Position numbers and translations under genes: made by a program
Shown here: positions 46,444 through 55,499 of the stretch, piece after piece
How positions within the stretch are numbered: the stretch's first letter is position 1
Layout: each line of letters begins with the position of its first letter
Source: Candidatus Microgenomates bacterium
GTDB lineage: Bacteria > Patescibacteriota > JACPGU01
Assembly: GCA_016188915.1 (NCBI GenBank)
Contig: JACPGU010000003.1
Coordinates: 73,045 to 137,044, forward strand
DNA length: 64,000 nt
Direction of reading: 5' to 3'
Notes under the pieces: generated by a model
What the model was told of the DNA's origin: nothing
The model's database searches: none
The model's input: the letters and a program-made list of their open reading frames with translations, nothing else

Positions 46444-47412
46444 ATGGCTATAATGAAAAATCATTTTGCAAAGAAAAATGTCTTAATTACGGGCGCAACT
46501 GGTTTGGTTGGTGGTCATATCGCAGACAAATTAGTCGAGCAAGGCGCCAACGTGTTCATCACCTATCGTTCCCATAATCCCAAGTCGTTTTTTGTCCAAA
46601 AAGAATTGAGAGACAAAGTTGTGAGCGCTAAGTGTGATATCAAGGATTATCACCGGGTATTTGACGTTGTCTCTAAATATGAGATTGGTTATATATTTCA
46701 TGTCGCCGCCCAACCTATAGTACCCACCGCCTACATCAACCCAAAAGAGGCCCTAGAGGTCAATATATTAGGTACAGTCAATATTTTGGAGGCGACAAGA
46801 CACTGCTCGCAAGTCAAAGGGGTGGTTGTTGCTTCTTCCGATAAGGCGTATGGTAAAAAGTGCGACAACGCTACAGAGGAAGAACCAATGGCAGGAGATC
46901 ATCCTTATGATGTTTCCAAATCATGCGCTGATCTTATAGCTAGAGCGTATGCCAAGACCTACCACCTACCGGTTGCCGTGAGTCGTTTTGGCAACATCTA
47001 TGGACCAGGGGATTTGAATATCAATCGGATTATTCCTGGTATTATGAAAGCGCTTATTCATAATGAGATCATTGAGATTCGCAGCGATGGCTCATTTATC
47101 CGCGACTATGTTTATGTCAAAGATGTGGCCGATGGCTATCTTGCGCTGATGGAAAATATAGAAAAAAATAAAGGAGAAGCCTTTAATTTTAGCAGCGGTC
47201 ACAATTTCTCCGTATTAGAATTAATCGAGAAGATTTCAAAAATTGTTGGCAAAAAATGTAAGTACAAAATATTAGATAATCAAAAAAATGAGATTCCAAA
47301 ACAAAGTTTGAATTTTGATAAAGCGAAAGAGCTTCTTAACTGGAAGCCAAAATATACTTTTGAAGAGGGGATTAGGGAAACATTTGAGTGGTATAAGAAT
47401 TTTTATAAATAA
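46444..47412 (+). CDS. NAD-dependent dehydratase (CDP-glucose 4,6-dehydratase-like)
   Basis: GATGLVG, H.AAQPIV, SSDKAYG, PYDVSK and NIYGPGD motifs; follows rfbF. Confidence 0.8.
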   Translation: MAIMKNHFAKKNVLITGATGLVGGHIADKLVEQGANVFITYRSHNPKSFFVQKELRDKVVSAKCDIKDYHRVFDVVSKYEIGYIFHVAAQPIVPTAYINPKEALEVNILGTVNILEATRHCSQVKGVVVASSDKAYGKKCDNATEEEPMAGDHPYDVSKSCADLIARAYAKTYHLPVAVSRFGNIYGPGDLNINRIIPGIMKALIHNEIIEIRSDGSFIRDYVYVKDVADGYLALMENIEKNKGEAFNFSSGHNFSVLELIEKISKIVGKKCKYKILDNQKNEIPKQSLNFDKAKELLNWKPKYTFEEGIRETFEWYKNFYK

Positions 47413-47425
47413 CTCAAAAATATTT

Positions 47426-48955
47426 ATGAAAAAAAGTTTCGATTTTGCAAGAAATTTTAATTCATCTGATGGCCAACCCATTTTTATACTAGAAATGGCT
47501 AATAATCATATGGGAGATGTGGATCATGGCCTGAGAATTATTGAGGAAATGAGCAAAGTTACAAAAAAATATGACTTCCTCTTTGCCTTTAAATTTCAAT
47601 ATCGCGATCTTGAAACTTTTATCCACCCTGATTATAAGAAACGAATGGACTTGAAATATGTTAAAAGATTTTCCGAAACTCGTCTTTCCGAAAAAGATTT
47701 TTTGATCCTAAAAGCAGAAGCTCAGAAGCTTGGTTTCATTACTATGTGTACACCGTTTGATGAGGTATCGGTTGATATGGTGGTCAAGCATGATTATGAT
47801 ATTCTAAAAGTGGCGAGTGCATCTTGTGGCGATTGGCCATTATTGGAAAAGATAGTGTCCACCGATAAGCCGATTATTTTCTCGACCGGTGGGGCAAAAC
47901 TTGAAGAAATAGACAAAATTGTCAGTTTCTTAGAGCATAGACAGAAGACCTTTGCTCTGGAGCATTGTGTGGGCGAATACCCAACATTGGCAAGAAATCT
48001 TCAGTTGAATCAGATAGATCTGCTCAGAAGAAGATATCCCAATACGACTGTGGGTTTTTCCACACACGAAGAACCAGACAATGTCGAGGCCGTCAAAATC
48101 GCTATCGCCAAAGGCGCGCGTATTTTCGAAAAACATGTTAGTGTTAGAACTGATAAATACGAGATGAACGCCTATTCGGCTAATCCAAAGCAGGTTGATA
48201 AATGGTTACAGTCGGCCAAAGAGGCATATGAAATGTGCGGAATTGTCGGCGAACGAGCACCTTCATCAGAAAAAGAACTGGCTGATATTCGACAGTTTCA
48301 GCGAGGTGTCTTCGCCAAAGATGTAATCAGAAAAGGAGAGAGAGTCGACACAAAAAATACATTTTTTGCTTTTCCGAATCAACCTGGGCAGATTTTAACC
48401 AATGATTTGTCGAAATATTCTGTTTTTACGGCTTTGAAGCAAATTAAAAAAAATGATCCAGTGATAGATGTCAGCAGAGTGGATACAAGAGATAAGGTAT
48501 ATGAGATAGTAGTCAAATCAAGAAATATGTTGGCGGATGCCAAGATTTCCGTTTCCAATCAGCTTGACTTTGAGATCAGCCATCACTATGGCCTCGATAG
48601 ATTTTACGAAGTGGGGGCGGTTATTATCACTTGCGTAAATCGCGAATACACCAAAAAATTAATTATCGTTTTTCCTGGTCAATCACACCCGTCTCATGGG
48701 CACAAACAAAAAGAAGAGACGTTCCATGTTTTGTCTGGAACTATCATTTTTATACTAGATGGTAAGGAACGAGAAGCAAAAGCTGGAGATGTAGTGGTAG
48801 TAGAAAGAGGTGTTAAACATTCATTTTATTCCAAAGAGGGGAGTATCTTTGAAGAGGTTTCCACTACCCATATCAAAAGCGACTCATTCTATGAAGATGA
48901 AAGTATTTCGAAAAACAAAAACAGAAAAACAGAACTCACTTATTGGGTTGATTAA
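47426..48955 (+). CDS. NeuB-family PEP-dependent synthase fused to C-terminal cupin (D-lyxose isomerase-like)
   Basis: EMANNHMGD, KFQ, TPFD, K.AS, STGG, FEKH; C-terminal HP.H.HKQKEETF cupin. Confidence 0.85.
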   Translation: MKKSFDFARNFNSSDGQPIFILEMANNHMGDVDHGLRIIEEMSKVTKKYDFLFAFKFQYRDLETFIHPDYKKRMDLKYVKRFSETRLSEKDFLILKAEAQKLGFITMCTPFDEVSVDMVVKHDYDILKVASASCGDWPLLEKIVSTDKPIIFSTGGAKLEEIDKIVSFLEHRQKTFALEHCVGEYPTLARNLQLNQIDLLRRRYPNTTVGFSTHEEPDNVEAVKIAIAKGARIFEKHVSVRTDKYEMNAYSANPKQVDKWLQSAKEAYEMCGIVGERAPSSEKELADIRQFQRGVFAKDVIRKGERVDTKNTFFAFPNQPGQILTNDLSKYSVFTALKQIKKNDPVIDVSRVDTRDKVYEIVVKSRNMLADAKISVSNQLDFEISHHYGLDRFYEVGAVIITCVNREYTKKLIIVFPGQSHPSHGHKQKEETFHVLSGTIIFILDGKEREAKAGDVVVVERGVKHSFYSKEGSIFEEVSTTHIKSDSFYEDESISKNKNRKTELTYWVD

Positions 48956-49022
48956 AGAATGGAATTATGTTTTATTGATATAGATTTAGAGGTTCGTTAA
49001 CAATTCGAAAAATAAGGAGGCC

Positions 49023-50732
49023 ATGATGCCAACCGCTTTGGAATTAGTAAAAGAAGAAAAAGATCGAGGAGCGCTGCTAACACCCGCGCATCAGGATAGG
49101 ATTTTGTTTGTGGTCCCACCCAACATCACTTACGAGAACTATGTCAACCCACCCAGTAATGTCAAGGGGGTGATGAGTAAATCAAAGCAACTAGGTACGG
49201 TAGTGACCGATATGCCACTAGGTCCGTTGTCGCTTTCTGCCTATGTCAAGGAGCACACCAGAGCCCAGACAGGAATGGTTGATTTCAATGTTGTTTTAAA
49301 CAGGATCCAAGATTTTGATTACGGATCGTTTACGGAGCTTTTTAGGACTGTTTTCTCTGATACAGAGTGGGTAGAATTTAACCCGACCATTATTGGTATA
49401 TCAGCTCTTTTCTCTCCATCCTACCACAACGTCTTGGATATTGCGGAGTGTTGTCGCAAACTCTTCCCGGAATCAATAATTTTGGGAGGTGGTTTTTTGC
49501 CAACCAACGCCTATGAAAGGATTTTCCAGGATTGCCCCCACTTTGACGGACTCTGTTTCGGTGAAGGGGAGCTGGCATTAACACGTCTTGTTAAGGCGGA
49601 AGATAAGAAAAAGCATCTAGAGAGTGATCCTGTATGGATCACACCGAGAAAAGCCAAATGTGAGGCGAAATTTGGCTTCGATTTTGTCTGGAAATTGGAT
49701 GAGATTCCTTTTCTTGACTACCGCCTTGGCGACCCCAAGGGCTACGCACTCAATCCAACTATCGCGGCATATCCTGCAATTCGCAAAACTGGTCATGATT
49801 TTCACGTTATGACGTCGCGAGGATGCGTCTTTCATTGTGCTTTCTGTGCGCAACATACGGTCCATGGCAGGAAAATGCGTGCATATAGTATTGAAAGGAT
49901 CGAACAAGATTTCCGGCGGCTTCAGAATGAATTCGGTGTCCAGACGATTATTGTCGAAGACGACCATTTCATGTGGGATAAAGATCAAGCTCACAGGATA
50001 TTGGATATCATGATAGAGCTACAATTAAGTGCTTTTTTCCCGAATTCGCTAGCGCTCTACGCGCTCGATCGAAAGATGCTGGAGCAGCTGAAGCGAGTCG
50101 GAGTGAATCAGTTGGTCTTGGCGGTGGAGTCGGGCAGTAGGGAAGTATTGAATAAGATTATGCACAAGCCACTGAAGCTGGAAATCATTGCCAGGGTAGC
50201 CAAGGATTGTCGAGAGATCGGCATCTATACTGACTGTAATATTGTCATGGGACTACCGGGCGAGAGAGAGGAACACTTCGCTGAATCAAGGGAGTTTTTG
50301 AAAACCACCTATGCTAATTGGTTTCGGATCAATATCGCAACCCCCATTGTTGGGAGTGAAATGCTTGACATCTGTCTAGCCAATGATTATCTTGAAGGCG
50401 ATTTCAATGGATGTGACTACAAGAGGGCAATCGTCAGTACTCCGGATTTTACTGCCGAAAGAATTCAGAAATTAGCTTATCTCATGAATCTGGAGTTGAA
50501 TTTTGTGTACAATTCCGATTTCCGACTAGGTGATTATCAGACGGCACTCATGGGTTTCGAGAACGCCATCAAGGCAAAAAGTGATCATGCGCTAGCTCAC
50601 TATTATGCAGCGCAATGTCATCTGAATCTTAACAATCCGTCGAAAGCTAATGAGCATTTAAGGATAGCCAAAGAGGCAGCCAAAAATCCTTTTTGGCATG
50701 ATTATGTAGAAATGTTCGGCATTGCGATTTAA
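49023..50732 (+). CDS. Cobalamin-binding radical SAM protein with C-terminal TPR
   Basis: PLG..SL, GISA, GEGE, TSRGCVFHCAFC, EDD.F, VESG and GLPGE motifs. Confidence 0.9.
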   Translation: MMPTALELVKEEKDRGALLTPAHQDRILFVVPPNITYENYVNPPSNVKGVMSKSKQLGTVVTDMPLGPLSLSAYVKEHTRAQTGMVDFNVVLNRIQDFDYGSFTELFRTVFSDTEWVEFNPTIIGISALFSPSYHNVLDIAECCRKLFPESIILGGGFLPTNAYERIFQDCPHFDGLCFGEGELALTRLVKAEDKKKHLESDPVWITPRKAKCEAKFGFDFVWKLDEIPFLDYRLGDPKGYALNPTIAAYPAIRKTGHDFHVMTSRGCVFHCAFCAQHTVHGRKMRAYSIERIEQDFRRLQNEFGVQTIIVEDDHFMWDKDQAHRILDIMIELQLSAFFPNSLALYALDRKMLEQLKRVGVNQLVLAVESGSREVLNKIMHKPLKLEIIARVAKDCREIGIYTDCNIVMGLPGEREEHFAESREFLKTTYANWFRINIATPIVGSEMLDICLANDYLEGDFNGCDYKRAIVSTPDFTAERIQKLAYLMNLELNFVYNSDFRLGDYQTALMGFENAIKAKSDHALAHYYAAQCHLNLNNPSKANEHLRIAKEAAKNPFWHDYVEMFGIAI

Positions 50733-50756
50733 CAGGCAATAGCAACAAGCTCGCAG

Positions 50757-50786
50757 AAGCAGAGAGAATTTTCTCTGCTTTTTTTG
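50757..50786 (+). terminator. Intrinsic terminator
   Basis: AAGCAGAGA-loop-TCTCTGCTT followed by T run. Confidence 0.8.
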
Positions 50787-50897
50787 TTACTGAGCAACAT
50801 ATGGATAAGTTGCTATACTCCATGTAGTGATATATAATTTAGTCACTATCTTATCACGTTATTTAAGTGATTTATTACCTAATGTCATCGAAATTAA

Positions 50898-52085
50898 GTG
50901 AATAGTATCAAAAACGCCAAAAAAAGCAGCGTGAAGAATACAGACACATCCCAAGCGAAGTGCAGGGTTTGTGGTTGGGAATTATTTGGAAAACCGCTTT
51001 TGGAGTACGACAATATGCCTAGCGTCGCACAACATTTGCCAGACACAGATTCTCTCAAAGATGATAATGGTGTTGATCTGAGAGTTTATCAATGCTCTGG
51101 ATGCGGCGTGGTGCAACTAGATAGTAAACCAGTACCATATTATAAAGAGGTGATTCGCGCTTCTGGTTTTTCTCAAGAGATGAAAGATTTTCGGCTGAAG
51201 CAATTCAGGGACTTTGTCGCTAAATTTTCTCTTAAAGATAAAAATATTCTTGAAGTGGGGTGTGGAGGAGGAGAATACCTGTCTCTAATGAAAGAGTGCG
51301 CAGCAAATTCCTCGGGCATAGAATATTCCGATAGTTTAGTAAAAAAATGCGCAGAAGGTGGTCTTAATGTCTCGAAAGGATTTGTTGAGGATAGCAGTTA
51401 TATTGTAAACAATGCTCCCTTTGATGCATTTTTTATGATAAGCTCTCTAGAACATTTGCCAGATCCGAACAAAACACTTCGAGGAATATATAATAATTTG
51501 ACTGATGGGGGGGTGGGGATTGTCGAAGTGCCAAATTTTGATATGATTTTGCGCAACAACCTTTTCTCCGAATTTATGCGTGATCATTTATTTTATTTCA
51601 CCAGAGAAACTCTTGTCGTCTTACTCAATTTGAACGGATTTGAAGTCATTAAGTGTAATGAAGTATGGCATGACTATATTATTTCAGCGATTGTGAGGAA
51701 AAGAAGTAATCTGGATCTTACGCTTTTTTCGGAAAATCAAAATAAACTAAAAAAAGAAGTTAATAACTATATTGGAAAATTCGAAAAAAATAAAGTAGCT
51801 ATCTGGGGCGCTGGTCACCAGGCCTTTGCGATCATGTCATTATTCGATCTAGGAGGGAAGATCAAATACGTTGTTGATTCTGCACCCTTCAAACAAGGGA
51901 AATTTACGCCAGCAACCCATATTCCTATCGTTTCTTCGGATAAACTACATTCGGATCCGGTTAGCGCTATTATTGTTATGGCAGGTAGCTATTCTGATGA
52001 AATCGTCAAAATTGTCAGAGAAAATTATCATCAAGATATGAAAGTAGCTATTTTGAGGGACTTTGGGTTAGAAATAATCTCATAA
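50898..52085 (+). CDS. SAM-dependent sugar (C-)methyltransferase-like protein
   Basis: N-terminal CRVC/CSGC zinc site, LEVGCGGG, LEH, IWGAG and KQGKFTPATHIPI motifs. Confidence 0.82.
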   Translation: MNSIKNAKKSSVKNTDTSQAKCRVCGWELFGKPLLEYDNMPSVAQHLPDTDSLKDDNGVDLRVYQCSGCGVVQLDSKPVPYYKEVIRASGFSQEMKDFRLKQFRDFVAKFSLKDKNILEVGCGGGEYLSLMKECAANSSGIEYSDSLVKKCAEGGLNVSKGFVEDSSYIVNNAPFDAFFMISSLEHLPDPNKTLRGIYNNLTDGGVGIVEVPNFDMILRNNLFSEFMRDHLFYFTRETLVVLLNLNGFEVIKCNEVWHDYIISAIVRKRSNLDLTLFSENQNKLKKEVNNYIGKFEKNKVAIWGAGHQAFAIMSLFDLGGKIKYVVDSAPFKQGKFTPATHIPIVSSDKLHSDPVSAIIVMAGSYSDEIVKIVRENYHQDMKVAILRDFGLEIIS

Positions 52086-52089
52086 TACT

Positions 52090-53142
52090 ATGTCTGTACT
52101 ATCAACCGATCTTTGTCACATTCTCGATTTGACTCGTGAGTCATGGGAAGATCTCCGAGGAAAACGGCTATTCATGACCGGGGGAACCGGTTTTTTTGGC
52201 AGTCATCTTTTAGAAAGTTTCGCATTTGCCAATAAAGAGCTAAATCTCAACGCCTCTGTCCTTGTGCTGACTAGGGATATAAAGAATTTTAAAAAAACAG
52301 CGCCTCATTTAGTAAAAAATTCGGCTATCAAATTTCATCTCGGCGATGTGAAGGACTTCAATTTCCCTGATGGCGAATTTTCTCATATAATTCATGCGGC
52401 TGCCACATCAGCTGTTGAAACTTTCAATAGAGAAGATCATCTAGCAAAATTCGATACTCTCGTCGGCGGGACGAGGCATGTACTCGACTTTGCCGTTCAT
52501 TGCAAAGCGCAGAAATTTCTTTTTACCAGTTCCGGAGCTGCTTATGGCAAACAACCAGCCGATATGACCCATATTTCAGAAGAATATCTTGGGGCGCCAA
52601 ACCCTCCAGACCCCAATTCTGCATGGGGCGAAGGTAAGCGGGTGGCTGAATTTCTTTGTGGCTATTATTCAAACAAGTATGGTATTGAGACAAAAATAGT
52701 GCGATGTTTTAGCTTCGTTGGTCCATATTTACCCATAGATATTCATTACGCTATAGGGAATTTTATCCGAGACGCTTTAAAAGGGGGGCCTATTATCGTC
52801 AGTGGCGATGGGTCTCCGGTAAGATCCTATCTCTATTCATCTGACCTTGTGGTCTGGCTCTGGACCATTCTTTTCAAAGGAAAGACCCGCAGAATATATA
52901 ATATTGGTTCAGGAGAGAGTATTACTATCGCGGAATTAGCTAATGTCGTGGCACAATCATTGGGACCCAACATTGAAGTGAAGATAGAAAAAACGCCCGA
53001 CCACAATAAAGTACTGGAAAGATACATTCCGGACATTAGTTTGGTGAAAAAAGAATTAGGGCTGGTACAAACGATAGATCTGAAGACCGCTATTAAAAAA
53101 ACAGCAGAGCACATCCAGAAAAATAATAAGTTATATCACTAA
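52090..53142 (+). CDS. NAD-dependent epimerase/dehydratase
   Basis: TGGTGFFG, IHAA, SSGAAYG; W.EGK where Y...K is usual; RCFSFVGP. Confidence 0.85.
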   Translation: MSVLSTDLCHILDLTRESWEDLRGKRLFMTGGTGFFGSHLLESFAFANKELNLNASVLVLTRDIKNFKKTAPHLVKNSAIKFHLGDVKDFNFPDGEFSHIIHAAATSAVETFNREDHLAKFDTLVGGTRHVLDFAVHCKAQKFLFTSSGAAYGKQPADMTHISEEYLGAPNPPDPNSAWGEGKRVAEFLCGYYSNKYGIETKIVRCFSFVGPYLPIDIHYAIGNFIRDALKGGPIIVSGDGSPVRSYLYSSDLVVWLWTILFKGKTRRIYNIGSGESITIAELANVVAQSLGPNIEVKIEKTPDHNKVLERYIPDISLVKKELGLVQTIDLKTAIKKTAEHIQKNNKLYH

Positions 53143-53151
53143 ATAATTCTT

Positions 53152-54822
53152 ATGAAACTCAGTGATTATGTTGTCAAATTCATAAAAGACGAGGTGGCTG
53201 ATTCGGTTTTTGTATTATCGGGTGGAGGAATAATGCACATTATTGATTCGTTGGGCAAATCAAATATTAACACATACTGCTGTCATCATGAACAAGGGGC
53301 AGTTATAGCCGCCGAAGGATATGGTCGGATAAGAAACCATCCCGGGGTAGCCGTGGTTACGACTGGTCCTGGTGGGACCAACGCCATCACCGGTGTTGCC
53401 GGAGCGTGGCTCGACAGTGTACCGATGATGGTGATATGCGGTCAGGTAAAAACAGATAACATTACCCCTAGAAGTAATGGGATCCCAGCGCAAAGAGCAA
53501 TAGGTCTCCAGGAACTAAATAATACAGATATTGCGCGTCCTATAACTAAATATACCGTAACCGTCACCGATCCAGATTCAATAAAATACCACCTTCAAAA
53601 AGCTCTACATATTGCCATATCTGGACGTCCCGGTCCTGTTTGGATTGAAATACCTCTCGATATTACGACGGCAGAAATTGACCCAGAGAAATTACAAGGA
53701 TATAAACCAAAGCCGTTATCGGAATTTGTCGAACCCAAGATACCGATGGATATTATTATCGAAAAGCTAAAAAAAGCAAAAAAGCCATTATTGATGGCAG
53801 GATATGGTATCCGTCTGGCTGGTGGAGTGCAAGTTTTAGAAAAAATATTGAAAAAATACGAATTTAACGTGGTAACCCCAATTTTTACCGCGGACGATCT
53901 GGTAACACATGATTATGTAAAATATTTAGGTAGGCAAGGCATGCCAGGGAATTATTCCGCAAATTACGCTGTCGACAATTGTGACGTGCTCTTGGTTGTT
54001 GGCGAAAGGATACAATTAACGCAGACATCATTTGACTACAAAAATTTTGCTATCCAGGCGACAAAAATAATGGTTGATATAGACGAATCAGAGCTTTACA
54101 AAAAAACTCTAGCCATAGATATTCCAGTCCATTGTGATGCAAAAATATTTCTTGAAGAGCTTTTGAAATATGACTTTAAGCTAAATAAATGGAATGTGGA
54201 ACGCGACAAAATCAATCTGGCTGATTATTCTTGTGGCAAAAAATATCTCAATGTCTATAAATTTATCGACGAAATCGAAAAATACTCTGGTCTTATGCCT
54301 ATCTCCACGGCCGATGGCATGGCGAGCTTGGTTCCTCACCAAGCTTTGAGAATTCACAAAAGACAACGTTTTATTACAAATGCTGGCCTTGGGCACATGG
54401 GGTCTGGACTTCCAATGGCCATTGGAGCGTGTATTGCCGAAGGTAAAAGACCAACAATTTGTTTCGAGGGAGATGGTTCGATAATGCTTAATATTCAAGA
54501 GCTTCAAACGATTATTTATCACAAACTACCGATTAAGATCTTCATTTTCAGCAACGATGGTTATTATTCAATCAGAGGTACTCATACGCGATTCTTTAAT
54601 AAGGTTTTTGCTGCCGATCCATCCTCTGGTGTGGGGATGCCAGACTTTTCGAAATTAATCCTCGCGTGGGGACTGAAGTATGAAAAAATCGCAAGTGATG
54701 ACGAGCTGATAAAATTAAAATCAGTAATGGATTACGAAGGACCGATTGTTTGTGAATTAATGATATCTCCCAACCAGCCAATGCTACCAAAATGGACAGC
54801 GGGACAATTAAGAGATAAATAA
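53152..54822 (+). CDS. Thiamine-pyrophosphate-dependent enzyme (acetolactate-synthase/YerE-like)
   Basis: HHEQ, TTGPGGTN, GRPGPVW.EIPLD and GDGS..LN.QEL...N TPP motifs. Confidence 0.9.
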   Translation: MKLSDYVVKFIKDEVADSVFVLSGGGIMHIIDSLGKSNINTYCCHHEQGAVIAAEGYGRIRNHPGVAVVTTGPGGTNAITGVAGAWLDSVPMMVICGQVKTDNITPRSNGIPAQRAIGLQELNNTDIARPITKYTVTVTDPDSIKYHLQKALHIAISGRPGPVWIEIPLDITTAEIDPEKLQGYKPKPLSEFVEPKIPMDIIIEKLKKAKKPLLMAGYGIRLAGGVQVLEKILKKYEFNVVTPIFTADDLVTHDYVKYLGRQGMPGNYSANYAVDNCDVLLVVGERIQLTQTSFDYKNFAIQATKIMVDIDESELYKKTLAIDIPVHCDAKIFLEELLKYDFKLNKWNVERDKINLADYSCGKKYLNVYKFIDEIEKYSGLMPISTADGMASLVPHQALRIHKRQRFITNAGLGHMGSGLPMAIGACIAEGKRPTICFEGDGSIMLNIQELQTIIYHKLPIKIFIFSNDGYYSIRGTHTRFFNKVFAADPSSGVGMPDFSKLILAWGLKYEKIASDDELIKLKSVMDYEGPIVCELMISPNQPMLPKWTAGQLRDK

Positions 54823-54823
54823 T

Positions 54824-55474
54824 ATGAAATATACCAACATTATCTTTGATTTCGATGGGACATTAGTTGATACGAGACCCGGGATAATAAAGGCTTTTTA
54901 TGCTGTCATGACTGATATGGGTATAGAGCCGGCCGATGAAAAGACTATTGGTGAGCTAATAGGAGTCCCATTATCTCAATTTCTTGAAGTTCTCCTAAAA
55001 ACTAATGATGCCAAAATCATTAAGAAAGGGTCAGAATTATTCAAAAAACATTATGATAGAGAATATTCTTCTGACAATATTTTGTATCCCGGTATTCCGG
55101 AGTTACTAGAAAATATTAAGGAAAACTCTGGTAGCAGTTTTGTTGTTAGTAATAAAATAGATGCTTTCTTGAATAAAATATTAGAACAGCATGATATTAG
55201 AAAATATTTCCAATCCACCAAGGGAACTGATGGGACAGGAAGAGGCTCTCAAAAATCTGATTACGTCAGGGATTTGGTTGAAGAAAATAATCTAGATCGA
55301 GCTATAACTGTCATTGTAGGTGATAGGAGAGATGATGTAGTAGCAGGAAAAGACAACCTGATACATACTGTAGGCATAACCTATGGCTATGGCTCAAGGG
55401 AAGAATTAGAGGAAGTGGGAGCTGAGATTGTAGTCAGAGATGTTGAGGGCCTGAAGAGTGTTTTGATGGAATAA
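54824..55474 (+). CDS. HAD-family phosphatase
   Basis: FDFDGTLVD, SNK, VGDR..D and YGYG motifs. Confidence 0.9.
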   Translation: MKYTNIIFDFDGTLVDTRPGIIKAFYAVMTDMGIEPADEKTIGELIGVPLSQFLEVLLKTNDAKIIKKGSELFKKHYDREYSSDNILYPGIPELLENIKENSGSSFVVSNKIDAFLNKILEQHDIRKYFQSTKGTDGTGRGSQKSDYVRDLVEENNLDRAITVIVGDRRDDVVAGKDNLIHTVGITYGYGSREELEEVGAEIVVRDVEGLKSVLME

Positions 55475-55499
55475 AGGCTTATTTTATAAGATTGAAAGA

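Noticed and set aside
53152-54822. Branched-chain amino acid ilvB
   Set aside because: No ilvN, ilvC or ilvD nearby; the sugar-nucleotide context favours a YerE-like role.
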